Under the pieces are notes generated by a model. It did no database searches. It saw only the letters and a program-made list of their open reading frames with translations, and was not told the DNA's origin. A DNA stretch of 64,000 nucleotides from contig NC_043018.1 in assembly GCF_006345805.1 (NCBI RefSeq), positions 16,740,001 to 16,804,000 on the forward strand, written 5' to 3'. Made by a program: the position numbers and the translations under genes. Positions 25,616 through 38,169 of this stretch are shown piece after piece (the first letter of the stretch is position 1; every line of letters begins with the position of its first letter). The stretch comes from Octopus sinensis (taxonomy: Eukaryota).

Positions 25616-25778
25616 CCAGTGAACCTAGATTCGCTCATGTAACAGTCATTGCCTCTGTCCCTCTATACATATTATGCGCTTCATACAGCATTAAGAGCGT
25701 TGACTCTTATTTCTTGCATTACAGGTATTTCAGTACCCTCAGTCACAATTAGTGACTATTGCATTTTTCTTTTATGGA

Positions 25779-26056
25779 CGGTGGCGGATTAACCAGGTTG
25801 CTAGCTTGCCCGATGGCAAGTGGGGCTTTGCGCCATTAGAATCCATATATGGGGGTCCATATTAGCATCTAAAAGGCCCATCCCCTCAAGTTTGAGAATT
25901 TTTTAATGCATTATTTCAGCCTGGCTGCGTTTGTAGACTGTTGAAAAGAATGCTTTTAACAAAAAGAAAAAATTAAATGAGAGCAATGTAGTTGCGGGTG
26001 CCCCACCCCCGCCTAGTCTCCTAGCAACCAATATTTTTAGACCCAATCCACCACTG
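25779..26056. mobile_element. hAT-type MITE
   Basis: Imperfect 12-bp TIR (CGGTGGCGGATT / AATCCACCACTG) and perfect 8-bp TSD TTTATGGA at 25771-25778 and 26057-26064. Confidence 0.85.
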
Positions 26057-28110
26057 TTTATGGATATAGATTTGTGTGTGTGTGTATGTATGTGTGTGTG
26101 TGTGTGTGTGTTGTGTGTGTGTGTGTGTGTACGTACGTATGTTTGTGCGTTTATCCAAGTTTACATTAATAAACTTAAGTAAACAGTATAGAAAAGTTTT
26201 AATATATTGAGTTCACAATTGAGAGAAAATACAAGCGTAATTTGAATTTCAAATCTTTTACATAAATGTACTGTGGAATCACTGTATTAGAATATATCAG
26301 CGTCTATTTTATTGACAAATGTAAACATGCATTGGTAGAATTCAAACCTATGTTTACCACACACACACCCACACACACAACTAATTACAGGAAATACAAA
26401 ACACAGGAGTTCACAGCAGTTGATTTAGCTCCGTGGGAAATCAGAGAAGGCTTCTTTTAATGTTTGTAATTGCAGGTCCTTCATCAAAACAGGCAGCTTA
26501 GAAGTGTTTTTGCATTAGGATGATATTTAGTTTTTCGTGCAAAAGCAGAAATAACGAATCTTGTTTAGACTTAATCGCCGCAATTAAAAAAGCTTCAATT
26601 AAATTCCCCCTGTAAAATAAATGTAAAATTTAGTAAAAAGAACAGATAAGACATGTATGTAGGTGGGTTTTTTTTTACGTGTGTGTATGTATGCTGGCTT
26701 TCTTTTGTGAATGCATGCGGTATATTTCTTTGCCTGGTTAAGTGCTTGTGTAAATAATGACGTAAGTGTTCAAAATTTGATATTTTTGCAAGAGTTCGGA
26801 AGGTCGTATGTACTTTGTTTTTAACGAGTTTACAAATACAATCTGAGATGAAAATCTTTTTTAATTACTGTCAAACACTAACGAACCCAAAAATACAGAC
26901 ATTTTGATTTAAAAACACTTCATCAATAGACAAATAAACCTTTAAAGTGTGTTGGAGTAGTTTAGACTTTAGTCCTTGAGCCGAAAAAAAAGAATTTAAA
27001 ATTGTTTTGCAGACATGGATGTCCGAAGTAACAAAAGTTGAGTGAGGTTTCTTGGCAGACAAATCTGTACAGAGAAGGGAAATGGGAGAACTTTCTTCGT
27101 TATTTTCATGCTCTGTTTACACATATCTCAAAAGAACACAATCTGATATATGCACACCCAGAAAGACTCGTACCCATAAATCCTTCACCCATGATCTTTC
27201 TTGCAATAATTCTTTTTATTCTTCCTATTAAGAGCCTGAAAAAAAAGTAGAGTACAGTCCTTCGCTGAAATAGGGATGTGATGAAGCAAAATGAAAAGGA
27301 AGGTTATGAGTACCTTGGCATACAATGAAATCATGGTGAAGGTAACAAAAGAAGAGCCGAGGAAAGAATACGTCCGAAGGCTAATATTGGAGTGGCGCTC
27401 AATCCAAGCTAATACATGGGTGATAGCATCACTTCGGTATGGAACTGGAATCATAAACTGACAAAAGAAAGAACTGATAAGTATGAATACGAAGACAGGG
27501 AAACTATTGTGAGTGCATAGAACATTTCATCTCAACAGTGACACTGATTGGTTATACTTGTCCAGAAGAAAGGGTCAGGGTTAGGGTTTTGTTCAGTTGT
27601 CAGAACTGTGCTGAATCAGGGGAAAACATTTAAGACTGGTTTGTAAAAAATTCCATGGAACCATTGTTAATGCATGGGAAGAAGTCCGGCATCATAAGAA
27701 CTTAAAATTGTGCTAAGAGAAATTTAAAAAGGAAAAACATCCACACACACACACACACACAAAGAAAAAAATGGCATGGAAAGGGGGAAATGTACGGTCA
27801 GTTTGCAAGAGATACGTGTGCAACAACAGATAGAGAAGGTCGGTGGTTATGGATGTGTAGGAATGACCTGACGATAGAAACAGAAGCAGTTACATGCATA
27901 GCATAAGAACAAGCATTGAGGAGAAACAATATGAGCGAAAACTAAAAGCGAAAAATACAGAATCCGTGGTGAGAGGGGTGGGGCAGTGAAGCACATCGGA
28001 TGTCCGAAATTGACACAACGCGAATAGAAAAGATATGACCACGTGACAGGAATGATCGATTAGGCGCTTTATCAAAATTATGGCCTACAAAATCAAAGAG
28101 GCGGTATGAT

Positions 28111-28346
28111 AAGGCGGCAACTGGCAGAAACGTTAGCACGCTGGGCGAAATGCTCAGCGGTATTTCGTCTGCCCGTTACGTTGTGAGTTCAAATTCCGCC
28201 GAGGTCGACTTTGCCTTTCATCCTTTCGGGGTCGATAAATTAAGTACCAGTTACGCTCTGGGGTCGATGTAATCGACTTAATACCTATGTCTGTCCTTGT
28301 TTGTCCCCTCTATGTTTAGCTCCTTGTGGGTAATAATAAAAAAATA
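28111..28346 (+). mobile_element. SINE family A, tandem copy 1
   Basis: Full length; inserted in the decayed Dong element. Confidence 0.9.
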
Positions 28347-28354
28347 GGTATGAT

Positions 28355-28587
28355 AAGGCGGCGAGCTGGCAGAATCGTTAGCACGCCGGGCGAAATGCTT
28401 AGCGGTATTTCGTCTGCGTTACGTTGTGAGTTCAAATTCCGCCGAGGTCGACTTTGCCTTTCATCCTTTCGAGGTCGATTAAATAAGTACCAGTTACGCA
28501 CTGGGATCGATGTAGTCGACTTAATACCTATGTCTGTCCTTGTTTGTCCCCTCTATGTTTAGCCCCTTGTGGGTAATAACAAAAAAA
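28355..28587 (+). mobile_element. SINE family A, tandem copy 2
   Basis: Full length; head-to-tail with copy 1. Confidence 0.9.
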
Positions 28588-28977
28588 GGTATGATCAAAT
28601 CTCAGAAGGAGTTATTAAGGATGAGGTTTGCAAAATCCTGTGGGATGCCATTATTCGGTGTGACCATTAGATTAGATATCGGAAACCCGTCCGACATTAG
28701 GATGATGAAGAGAAAAGAAAAGAAAAACATTCCTGATAGAAAAAAACAGTGAGCAACTATGACAAATTGAAGTGGGAAATATGCAAGTCATGGGCAATGA
28801 AAAAAGTGGACGTAACAGCAATGGTTATTGGCGCGCCCGGAAGTATCAGCACTCAGCTACCAACATGGCTTAAAAGGATTGGTGCAAATGTACAGATAGA
28901 ACACTTTCCATCATACCCAGCAAAATAAGCTGGGAGTCTTCATGAAAAAACAACAGCAACAACAATAATAATAACCC

Positions 28978-29161
28978 TTTCTACTACAGGCACAAGGCCT
29001 GAAATTTGACGGGAAGGGACTAACCGATTACATCGACCCCAGTGTTTCATTGGTGCTTAATTTATCGACCCCAAAAAGGATGAAAGGCAAAGTCGACCTC
29101 GGCGGAATTTGAACTCAGAACGTAATGACAGACGAAATAACGCAAAGCATTTCGCCCGGTG
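28978..29161 (-). mobile_element. SINE family A, alternative-tail subfamily
   Basis: Central domain plus the TTCAGGCCTTGTGCC tail. Confidence 0.75.
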
Positions 29162-29739
29162 ATTTATACATACAGCTTGCTTCACTCTTAACCAGAGTTC
29201 ATCATAGAATTAACAGGGAAGTTGTGCTTATATAAGTAAATGTAGGAGATGGCAGGGAAGAAATAGAGAACCAATAGACCCATGTTCGGTGGGTGAGGTA
29301 GGGTGAGGGAAGAGCGGTTCTACGTCGTTATTTTCTGAATGTGCCTAATTTCAAAGAAAGAGGTAACTCCATAACTAGTCTGGTCCAGGAGAGGGGGCGG
29401 CGGAAAAACAGCGGTAAATAACGGTTAAGTGATTAGAAAACGATTGTAGTAGTTTGTGCGATGGCGAAATTAGAAATAATGAATGATTAAGTCGTAGAAT
29501 ACCGAAGAGGCCAGATTTTTGTGAGAGAAGTAAAGCGCTTTGTGGTTTTATATTTGCGACATTTTTAGCTATTTTGGTGATCCAGGAACCGTCAAATGTC
29601 TTTTGCGGATTATTTGTAGCTCTGCGGGTGAGCAATATAAAATATGTATTAGGGATGTGGAGGTATACTTTTTATTTATCATTTATTTATGCTATCAAAC
29701 GTTGAGTTTATATAACTATAATTTATATAAGTGCAATAT

Positions 29740-30113
29740 AGGCGCCGGAGTGGCTGTGTGGTAAGTAGCTTGCTAACCAGCCACATGGTTCCGGGTTCAG
29801 TCCCACTGCGTGGCATCTTGGGCAAGTGTCTTCTGCTATAGCCCCGGGCCGACCAATGCCTTGTGAGTGGATTTGGTAGACAGAAACTGTCGTATATATG
29901 TATATATATATATGTGTGTGTCTGTGTTTGTCCCCCTAGCATTGCTTGACAACCGATGCTGGTGTGTTTACGTCCCCGTCATTAGCGGTCCGATATAATA
30001 AGTACTGGGCTTACAAAAGAATAAGTCCCGGGGTTGAGTTGCTCGATTAAAGGCGGTGCTCCAGCATGGCCGCAGTCAAATGACTGAAACATCTAAAAGA
30101 GTAAAAAAGAGTA
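29740..30113 (+). mobile_element. SINE family B
   Basis: Full length with small internal deletions. Confidence 0.9.
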
Positions 30114-30495
30114 TAAGAAAAAGAAGGAAGAGGAGAAGGAGGGGGAGACGGTGGTAGAAGAATGACTGAAGGAGTGTGAGCAAATTGCTGGTATTACCTG
30201 ATATTTTAATTTTCCTATTTGTTTTCATTTCAAGATATGTCCCTTTATTAAAATCAGTCTACGAAAGCAATACTAAACAGATGTGAACTATTCTACATAT
30301 CCGGGTTTGTTTTATCGCGTCTTCCAGGCCACATTCCAAGACATCCTGGCACTTGAGACTTTGCTCCAGTCGTTAAAAACCCTCTTTTGACACTTGTTAT
30401 CATCTTTTATGCTTGTATGTATTTAATCGAGACTGCATTCGGACTTGCAGGTTTCCCCCGCTTATTTTTCACTGAGATTTTAGTCTTTATTACAG

Positions 30496-30892
30496 ACAAG
30501 CAGTATCGCCCGGCGTTGCTCGGGTTTGTAAGGGAAATAACTATATAAGCATTTTTAGAGATGTAAAGTATAATAGCCATCTCAATATGGCTAACCACAA
30601 AGGAGGGGTGTTACTGTAGCTTTTTACGTTCTGAGATTTAATAATAAATTTTTAGTGAGTTACTTCCCTTATATATGCCAAAAATGCATTAAAATGGGAA
30701 AAATTGATGGTAATTTTTTTTTTTAATCGTAGACTCATCGTAGACGCGCGCTAATACCCAGAAGGGCTCGATATGAATCACGACTATAAGATACCCGGTT
30801 TTGGTTAAACTGCACCACAGAATGTGGGAGTAGTTAGGAATCTAAATCGTAGGAGACAGACATCACACAACCTCACTTTCATATATAAAGAT
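30496..30892 (+). mobile_element. Non-autonomous Helitron/Helentron-type (HINE-like) element
   Basis: 5' subterminal GC hairpin CCCGGCGTTGCTCGGG; 3' end AGACAGACA..CTTTCATATATAAAGAT before TT; no TSD. Confidence 0.6.
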
Positions 30893-31523
30893 TTAAAGAG
30901 TTAATATTTGTTGTGGCGCTGGGCTACAGTTTGTAAAGAGACAGAGTTTCGTGGGTTTCGCTCATCAGATAAACTATTTCTGACTGTTAGCTTATCATGT
31001 TTGTTAGACACTAATAGAATTGTGCACTCTTTGACAAAACTGGATATAAAAAGGAAGCAAACGATATAGAAAAAATATATTTAAGAATAATTTATAAAAA
31101 TAATCTATACAAATTGATACGAACTTCATTGCGCGTGACGTGTGGCTTCCTGGTTTAGAGACTCATCCACCACACAGGATCAATCACACGGGATCTATGC
31201 TATTTTGGGTCACTTGCCTGCGGCGCAAGTTTGCTCCATTGTATAACACTTTTAGTTCTTTCTCGAAATATGAACTAAGAAGTATAACAATGAAAGTCAA
31301 AATTTTGGTTAAAGAATTATATTAACCTTATTCAGAATGAGAAGCGGTGAGAATAATTAACCTTTTTTGATCTTTAACTATTAAAGTTTCACAGTAAAGC
31401 ACTCTTCATGTTGGTTTGAGGTGTGATAGTTCTAATTAACCGCTTTGTTGTGGATGAAATCCTTTCCCTAAAGACGAAATCCGAACGAAATCCATCAAAT
31501 GTAAGGCGTTAGTCAGTTTCCTG

Positions 31524-31697
31524 ACGGATTAAGTCGATTATATCGATCCCAGTGAGTAACTGGTACTTATTTAATCGACCCCGAAAGGATGAAAGGCAAA
31601 GTCGACCTCGGCGGAATTTGAACTCAGAACGTAGCGGCAGACGAAATACAGCTACGCATTTCGGCCGGTGTGCTAACGTTTCTGCCAGCTCGCCGCC
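31524..31697 (-). mobile_element. SINE family A, tail-less
   Basis: Head plus central domain. Confidence 0.85.
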
Positions 31698-31699
31698 CT

Positions 31700-32040
31700 G
31701 GTCAAACCGTTTCGTAAACAATAGAGAGCGCTCAACCAACATTTTCTCTTCGGCCAAACCTTGATGAACTTCTTCAAGTTTCACGTAAGGGTAGAGAGGT
31801 AAGTGTTGTCTTCTAGTAGGTGTGCCGAAAGGTAGATGAAAGTGGCGAGAATGGTACGAGTGAACGGGCCTGCCTTGAGCTGGAATGAGGAAAGGAAACG
31901 AAAAAAAAAGCACCTGCCTCAAAAGCCAGGGTTTTTATGGGGTTTTTATAGGGTTTTTCCATGAGCAGCCCTCGAACGTCTCTTCCATATTGAGGATTAT
32001 GCATTGTTGACCTTATTATTTTTTTTATAATTCTATTAGT
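31700..32040 (+). mobile_element. 3' end of the same L1/Tx1-like family
   Basis: TTCAAGTTTCA..GTGGCGAGAATGGTACGAGTGAACGGG is shared with 39238-39330. Confidence 0.5.
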
Positions 32041-32183
32041 CTTGTTTACACGCAAAAGCCTCACAACTACACACACACAAACATTTTTTTTTTTGTTTTG
32101 TCCTGTGCTGTCCATAATGTTTTTCTTCATGTAAACCCGTGATTAATAAAGAAATTATTATTATTGTTATTATTATTATTATT

Positions 32184-32588
32184 CTATGTTTGACTTTTGC
32201 TTTATATTTGTACAAGTTGGCTCCAAGTCTCACCCAGAGACCTCAAGAGACAACAGGGTTGGAAGTTCATGTTGTTGTTATGCCTAGTGTCCATATATTT
32301 GGGGGGTGGGGATGTTGTACTAATGAATGTTTAAAAAAAAAAAAAAGTTTTTTTTTTTTTTTTTTTAAACCGAAAATTATGGTTGTTTAAAACCTTGAGG
32401 TTACATAGAGAGTATTTTGCGTAGGATATGAGCAGTTCCCATGAGCACTATCTTTTGAACTTCTGCCATTTTTGGGTTTCCTGGTATCTGAGTTAGGTAG
32501 CTATCAGCCCCTTTTGCTATCATTCCCAGGGCACCTATGACAACAGGTATTGTTTTAGTCTTCAGCTTCCACATTTTGCTGATTTCTA
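32184..32588 (-). mobile_element. Dong-A 3' fragment in (TAA)n
   Basis: Same 3' end (CTATGTTTGACTTTTGC on plus) and endonuclease tail as the 39597 copy; (ATT)n on both sides. Confidence 0.85.
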
Positions 32589-32606
32589 TTATTATTATTA
32601 TTATTA

Positions 32607-32647
<41 letters not shown>

Positions 32648-33103
32648 GGGTGATGACGACTTTAACCATACCATCGGATTGAAGTGGAAAATATCTTAAT
32701 AACCTGCCCAAGAACTGCACCAGACCCAGCCGACCCTTCAATACTTATGAGACTCCAACCGTGGACAATTCTTCATGAAAATTCAGTTGAGAATTCTTGG
32801 ATGCGAAGAGATATTCTACATTTTGGTATCCTGAAGAATTGTGCGTGGGCGGGAAGAGGCGACAAAAACCTGGAAATACAGATGCCTGCAGGCAGATATG
32901 GCAGATATATACATAATGTCTGACATATATACACAATAAAAGCTTGTATACTCTACATGTTTATATATATGTTGGCGTACATGTATATACATTCATGCAT
33001 ACATACATACATACATACATACATACATACATACATACATACATACATACATACATACATACACACACACATATATATACATACATATATACATAGATAC
33101 ATA

Positions 33104-33151
<48 letters not shown>

Positions 33152-33156
33152 TATAT

Positions 33157-33347
33157 AAGGGGAAAGTTTACGAAAATAAACAAAAGACGAAGGTAGGTGG
33201 AGTACAAACAAACAAATGTATTAGTATAGCGCCCAGGAATAGAAAAAGTCTTTTACGTTTCGAGCCTACGTTCTTCGACAGAAAGATACACAGAAAAAAA
33301 TAAGGAGAGAAAAAAAATGCGTGTAGGAGCTAACGATCTATCATGGC
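33157..33347 (-). mobile_element. (TA)n-anchored hammerhead-bearing element, family H, copy 2
   Basis: Homologous to 25332-25534. Confidence 0.65.
33249..33286 (-). ncRNA. Minimal hammerhead-like motif (A6U core variant)
   Basis: Minus strand reads TCTTT-CTGTCGA-A-GAAC-GTAG-GCTC-GAAAC-GT-A-AAAGA. Confidence 0.45.
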
Positions 33348-33720
33348 GTCCTGACCTCGGACAGTGGTCAGACGCGAGAGGGACAGTAGGGGAGATAACA
33401 GGGTCAAGTGACTTCCAATACGAAGGTGCCCCCAACACAAAGGTGCACTGTACTTTGGCCCTTAAAAATGTTTCTGGTACCCAACATATATATATAAATG
33501 TACGCTCTGGCGTACGGGTACTCTTGACTGAGCATGAGCCAAATAGCTCGAAACAGTTAGTCTCGCGATCCTTATACCTGAAAGAGGATGGTAGGGGTTT
33601 GGTGTCCTTGCCAACAATATATTGTGAATAAAGGGTGCAGAGTCGCACCGATAACCAGTTGGCGGAGAATATGCCTAGGGTTAAACAAGCAGTAACACGA
33701 AACAACCACTTTCATGTGGC
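33348..33720 (+). mobile_element. Second diverged copy of the putative ORF1-like segment
   Basis: Local similarity to 35700-35740. Confidence 0.3.
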
Positions 33721-33747
33721 GACTCACTTTACTTTTGTGTGTGTGTG

Positions 33748-33801
<54 letters not shown>

Positions 33802-33921
33802 ATATGTATGTATGTATGTATATATATGTATATAATGTCTAATAAACACACACACGCACTCACATCTGTAATAGAAGAAAATCTGTTATAGGCTCCCGGA
33901 AATTCTTCTATTTTCCTATAC

Positions 33922-33928
33922 CAGCAGC

Positions 33929-34005
<77 letters not shown>

Positions 34006-34065
34006 AAGTTGCAGTTGTCGTAGTAGATGATACAGAAGTAGAAGAAGAAGAAGAAGAAGAAGAAG

Positions 34066-34095
<30 letters not shown>
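33922..34095. repeat. Compound (CAG)n(TAG)n(GAA)n microsatellite
   Basis: Direct reading. Confidence 0.95.
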
Positions 34096-34097
<2 letters not shown>

Positions 34098-34443
34098 GAA
34101 AAAATGCGAAGGAAGAATGAAAAGAGGAAGAGGAAGGAGAGGAGGAGGAGGTGGGATGTATAAAAATGTTTGTGTGAGTTGCTTCATCAGTTGCTGCTGG
34201 TGTTGTTAGACTTTAAAAAAAAAGACGGTTTTATTGTATGTGTGAGAGTATTTAAGGTATTTCCTACATTTCAGAATTAGGAGCAGCCCATCATTTCTCT
34301 TCTCCTCAATTATAATGAGCATTCGCCTCCAACCCCACCTCCAATCCAACGCATATCTGGTGGTCCCACTCACACACCCCATGTCATTCTTAACTTGTCT
34401 GCACTCCAAACTCAAGTACAGACTGGAATTTTTGAATAACTTA

Positions 34444-34531
34444 CGTTATTATTACAATTATTATTATTACTATTATTATTATTACTATTATTATTATTAT
34501 TATTATTATTATTGTTATTATTATTATTATA

Positions 34532-34584
<53 letters not shown>

Positions 34585-34613
34585 CATTATTATTATTATC
34601 ATTATTATTATTA

Positions 34614-34668
<55 letters not shown>
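34444..34668. repeat. (ATT)n microsatellite
   Basis: Direct reading. Confidence 0.95.
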
Positions 34669-34846
34669 GTTTTTTCCTTCTTTCTTCAAATTTTCTTCCG
34701 TTTCTCGCCGAGAGTTTTCCATACACCTAGGGCAGAGAAGCACATTGTATGCATTCCCAGATTACAGACGCAAACTCACAGATAAAATATGTATTTAAAA
34801 ATTAATAAATAAATAAATTCATGGATGGATGTTGTTTTCACAGTGA

Positions 34847-34904
<58 letters not shown>

Positions 34905-34905
<1 letters not shown>

Positions 34906-35070
34906 TATGTTTGACTTTTGCTTTATATTTGTACAAGTTGGCTCCAAGTCTCACCTAGAGACCTCAAGAGCCAACAGGTTGGAAGTTCATGTTGTTGTTA
35001 TGCCTACTGTGCCATATATTTTTTTTTTGGGTGGGGGGAGTTTTTGGTGTTGTACTAATGAATGTCTAAA
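34905..35070 (-). mobile_element. Dong-A 3'UTR fragment in (TAA)n
   Basis: Same terminus as the 32184 and 39597 copies; (ATT)n on both sides. Confidence 0.85.
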
Positions 35071-35095
35071 AAAAAATTTTTTTTAATTAAAAAAA

Positions 35096-35157
<62 letters not shown>

Positions 35158-35384
35158 GCTATTGTTGTTGTTGTTGTTGTTTATGGCAAGGACGAGCGCT
35201 CCGTGAGTTATCCACTAGTTTCCATTGTTATAAGTCTATTTCTGTTGCCTGTTTGTTGAATAGTGTGTCGATATTTTGAGCAGACCATGAGGGTCTGTGC
35301 AAAAGTTAATAACATCTGTTCTAAAGGGAGATATTTCGAAAGGGAAGTTTTTTTTCTTTTCCAAAAGTTGTTTAAAATTTCACA

Positions 35385-35880
35385 ATGGCGGAGTCTTCTT
35401 CGTCAAACAAAGACGAGAGGTTGGTGAGAGGTAGATTTGAAGGCGAAATTGACTTTCCAATCAATCTTCAACAAACATACGAAAACGTAGTACCACCAAC
35501 ACTACCTCCACCAGCAGCGGATACACTGAGGATAAGGATAACTTATAAGATAATAGGAGTTAAAGGTCGTAGATTAGAACGAGTGACAAATCGAAAAATG
35601 TTTAAGTCTAGTGTGGGGACACCAAAACCTACGTTGCAAAAGAGACGAGATATGGCACTGTAGAGGTGAAAATTTCCTCAAAGGAAGAGGCAAAGAAGCA
35701 CTGTACTTTGGCCATAAAAAAATGTTTCTGGGACCCATATACCTGGAACGTAGAAGGGGGAAAATAAAAATTGCAGATATATCATAAGAAAGAGAGATCT
35801 GATGGTTGATGACAGCTGACATAGAGGACAAAACAGATATTCTACAGGTGAGGAAACTGCACGAACACACCTATTTGGAA
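35385..35880 (+). mobile_element. Decayed LINE ORF1-like segment
   Basis: CACTGTACTTTGGCC..AAAAATGTTTCTGG is shared with 33446-33485. ORF1 identity is inference only. Confidence 0.3.
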
Positions 35881-35999
35881 TAAAACCTTCTAATTTAGCT
35901 AATTTGTAATTAATTTGATTCGTTCGAAGAAATGAATAATCATCGCCGAATCCGACGATGATCCATTTTCATATATTTTTGCATCTGTTTCTCTACGAA

Positions 36000-36131
36000 A
36001 GAGAAAGGGAGGGAGAGAGAGGGGGAGAGAGAGAGGGAGAAAGAGGAGAGTAAGAGAGAGGGGGAGGGGTAAGAGAGAGAGGAGAGAGGTAAGAGAGAGA
36101 GAGGGGGAGAAGTAAGAGAGAGAAGGGAGAG

Positions 36132-36186
<55 letters not shown>
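36000..36186. repeat. (GA)n polypurine tract
   Basis: Direct reading. Confidence 0.95.
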
Positions 36187-36189
<3 letters not shown>

Positions 36190-36634
36190 AAGCGTGATAT
36201 ACAGTCCCTGCTCCCTCTCTATTCGTTTGAGTAGGTGTGTTTTGTAAATGTATTAAATTTAGCCTACATTTTTATAACCTCAATTTATCCCTTTCTTTAT
36301 CCACAATTTCTCAAGCCCCTCCATCCATCTTCCCTCTCTTCGTTGGTGTTATTATAGTAACAACACCAACAACAACCACCCTATTATAATTATTATCATT
36401 ACTGTTATATACTTTTACATAATAGACGTCTATTCTCGGTTTAGGCGTCTCGGAGGAATTTCACTCAAAGAAAAAAACGTGTGGAATAAAGAGAGGAATC
36501 TTGTTTGAAATAAAAAGCTATGTGTGTGTATGTATGTATGTTGTATGTATGTATGTATGTATGTATGTATGCATGTATGTATGTATGTATGTATGCATGT
36601 ATCTGTGTATGTATTATGTGTGCATTAAATAACG

Positions 36635-36862
36635 TGTGGTAACTACAGAGGTATTGCTCTTCTATCAGCTGCTGCAAGGTTCTGGCAAATATTCTTTTTG
36701 CCCGCCTGAATGGGTGTCTCTTAAATGATGTCCTGCCTGAATCTCAATGTGGCTTCAAGTCTGGTGGAGGGACAATGGATATGATTTTGAGAACAAGATA
36801 GTTGCAGGTGAAGTACTATGAGCAGAATATGAATCTTGTTCGGATATTCATTGATTTAACCT
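36635..36862 (+). mobile_element. RTE-clade reverse transcriptase fragment
   Basis: CGNYRGIALLS..KVLANILFARL..LPESQCGFKSGGGTMDMI..FIDLT, with a stop and a frameshift. Confidence 0.8.
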
Positions 36863-36885
36863 CTCTACATCTTGCAAATGATGTA

Positions 36886-37103
36886 TCGACCTCGGCAGAA
36901 TTTGAACTCAGAACGTAGCGGCAGAAATACTTATTTCTTTACTACCCAGAAGGAGCTAAACAGAGAGGACGAACAAGGACAGACAAACGGATTAAGTCGA
37001 TTACATCGACCCCAGTGCGCAACTGGTACTTAATTTAGCGGCAGACGAAATACTGCTAAGCAGTTCGCACGGCGTGCTGACGATTCTGCCAGCTCACCGC
37101 CTT
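36886..37103 (-). mobile_element. SINE family A, rearranged
   Basis: All modules recognisable, but the B-box segment is displaced. Confidence 0.7.
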
Positions 37104-38169
37104 AACAACAACAACAACAACAACAGCATTAATAACAACAAATAAATTTGTTGTCAAGTATAAACCGGCCGTTACTGACGATTGAGAATGGCTTGGGAAC
37201 ATGTACCGTCCTTTTGCTAATTGCTTTCGGTGCCCGTGTAATTACGATTGGATTAAGACACACATCGGAACATCGATGATATATCAGGTGGAAGAAAGAG
37301 CTGTGCAAACACTCATCTCCGGAACTCGTTACAGCTGAAGGGACATAAAAATCAATGTGAAGTGATGTGCCTGGCTCAAGTATATAATGCATCGGTGAAT
37401 TGAACTCGCGACCTTATGATCAACCACTCGCCTTTACGGTGCACTAATAGTAATACCATTAGTAACAAGTTTATTAATACGAGGAACGTCACCATCAATA
37501 TTTCCTTACAGCTTCATCATCATCATCATCATCATCATCACCAACAGTATCACAACCACAAACGACTACGACAATCACGGCAAAGCAATAAGATTAATTA
37601 AACGATATTTTTTCTCATCGTCTAATTGAACGACTTAAAAGGAATATTTCCAATGGAGCGTTATTAAATCAAGTCACACGCCTACACCCCCTCTCTCTCT
37701 TGCTTTCCACTGCAAACATCTATCACGCACATACCTCCCTTCACATAACACCACTACCACCAACACGATCCCGGCAACCATTACCACCATCACCTCCACC
37801 TCCACAACAACACCTCATAAATGACATCTCAATTCCAAGTAACCGCTTCAAACAATTCTACATTCTAATTTGTTAATTGTGACCTGCATTAAATACTCTC
37901 TGTAAAAGTTATAGACATTAGTGACCGCCAGATTTGCCGAATCCTTTGCCAAGACTGACAAAAGACCCTGACAAATTGTCTAACAGTGGCAGCAACGCAA
38001 TAAAAGAAGACATTTGTATTTGATGGTTGAATAAAATCAGTAAGTTTTGTATCGAATACCCCGATTTACCCTTCATTGTTCCCTCCCACCTCACCCTGGG
38101 AAAAAATTTTCTCATTAACATTTTTCATTCCTCATTCTTGTTTCCTATTTTTGTTATGATTTCATCTTC

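Larger units (their letters stand above)
27270..28900 (+). mobile_element. Old, decayed R4/Dong-like LINE interrupted by two SINEs
   Basis: Broken-frame motifs GYEYLGI, KWHG..MYGQF, IETEA, KILWD..IRCDH, LKWEI..VIGA. Confidence 0.6.

Noticed and set aside
30928-30974. Minus-strand CTGATGA-GCGAAACCCAC-GAAAC
   Set aside because: Core words are present, but stems II and III and the cleavage triplet do not fit; at best a decayed relic.
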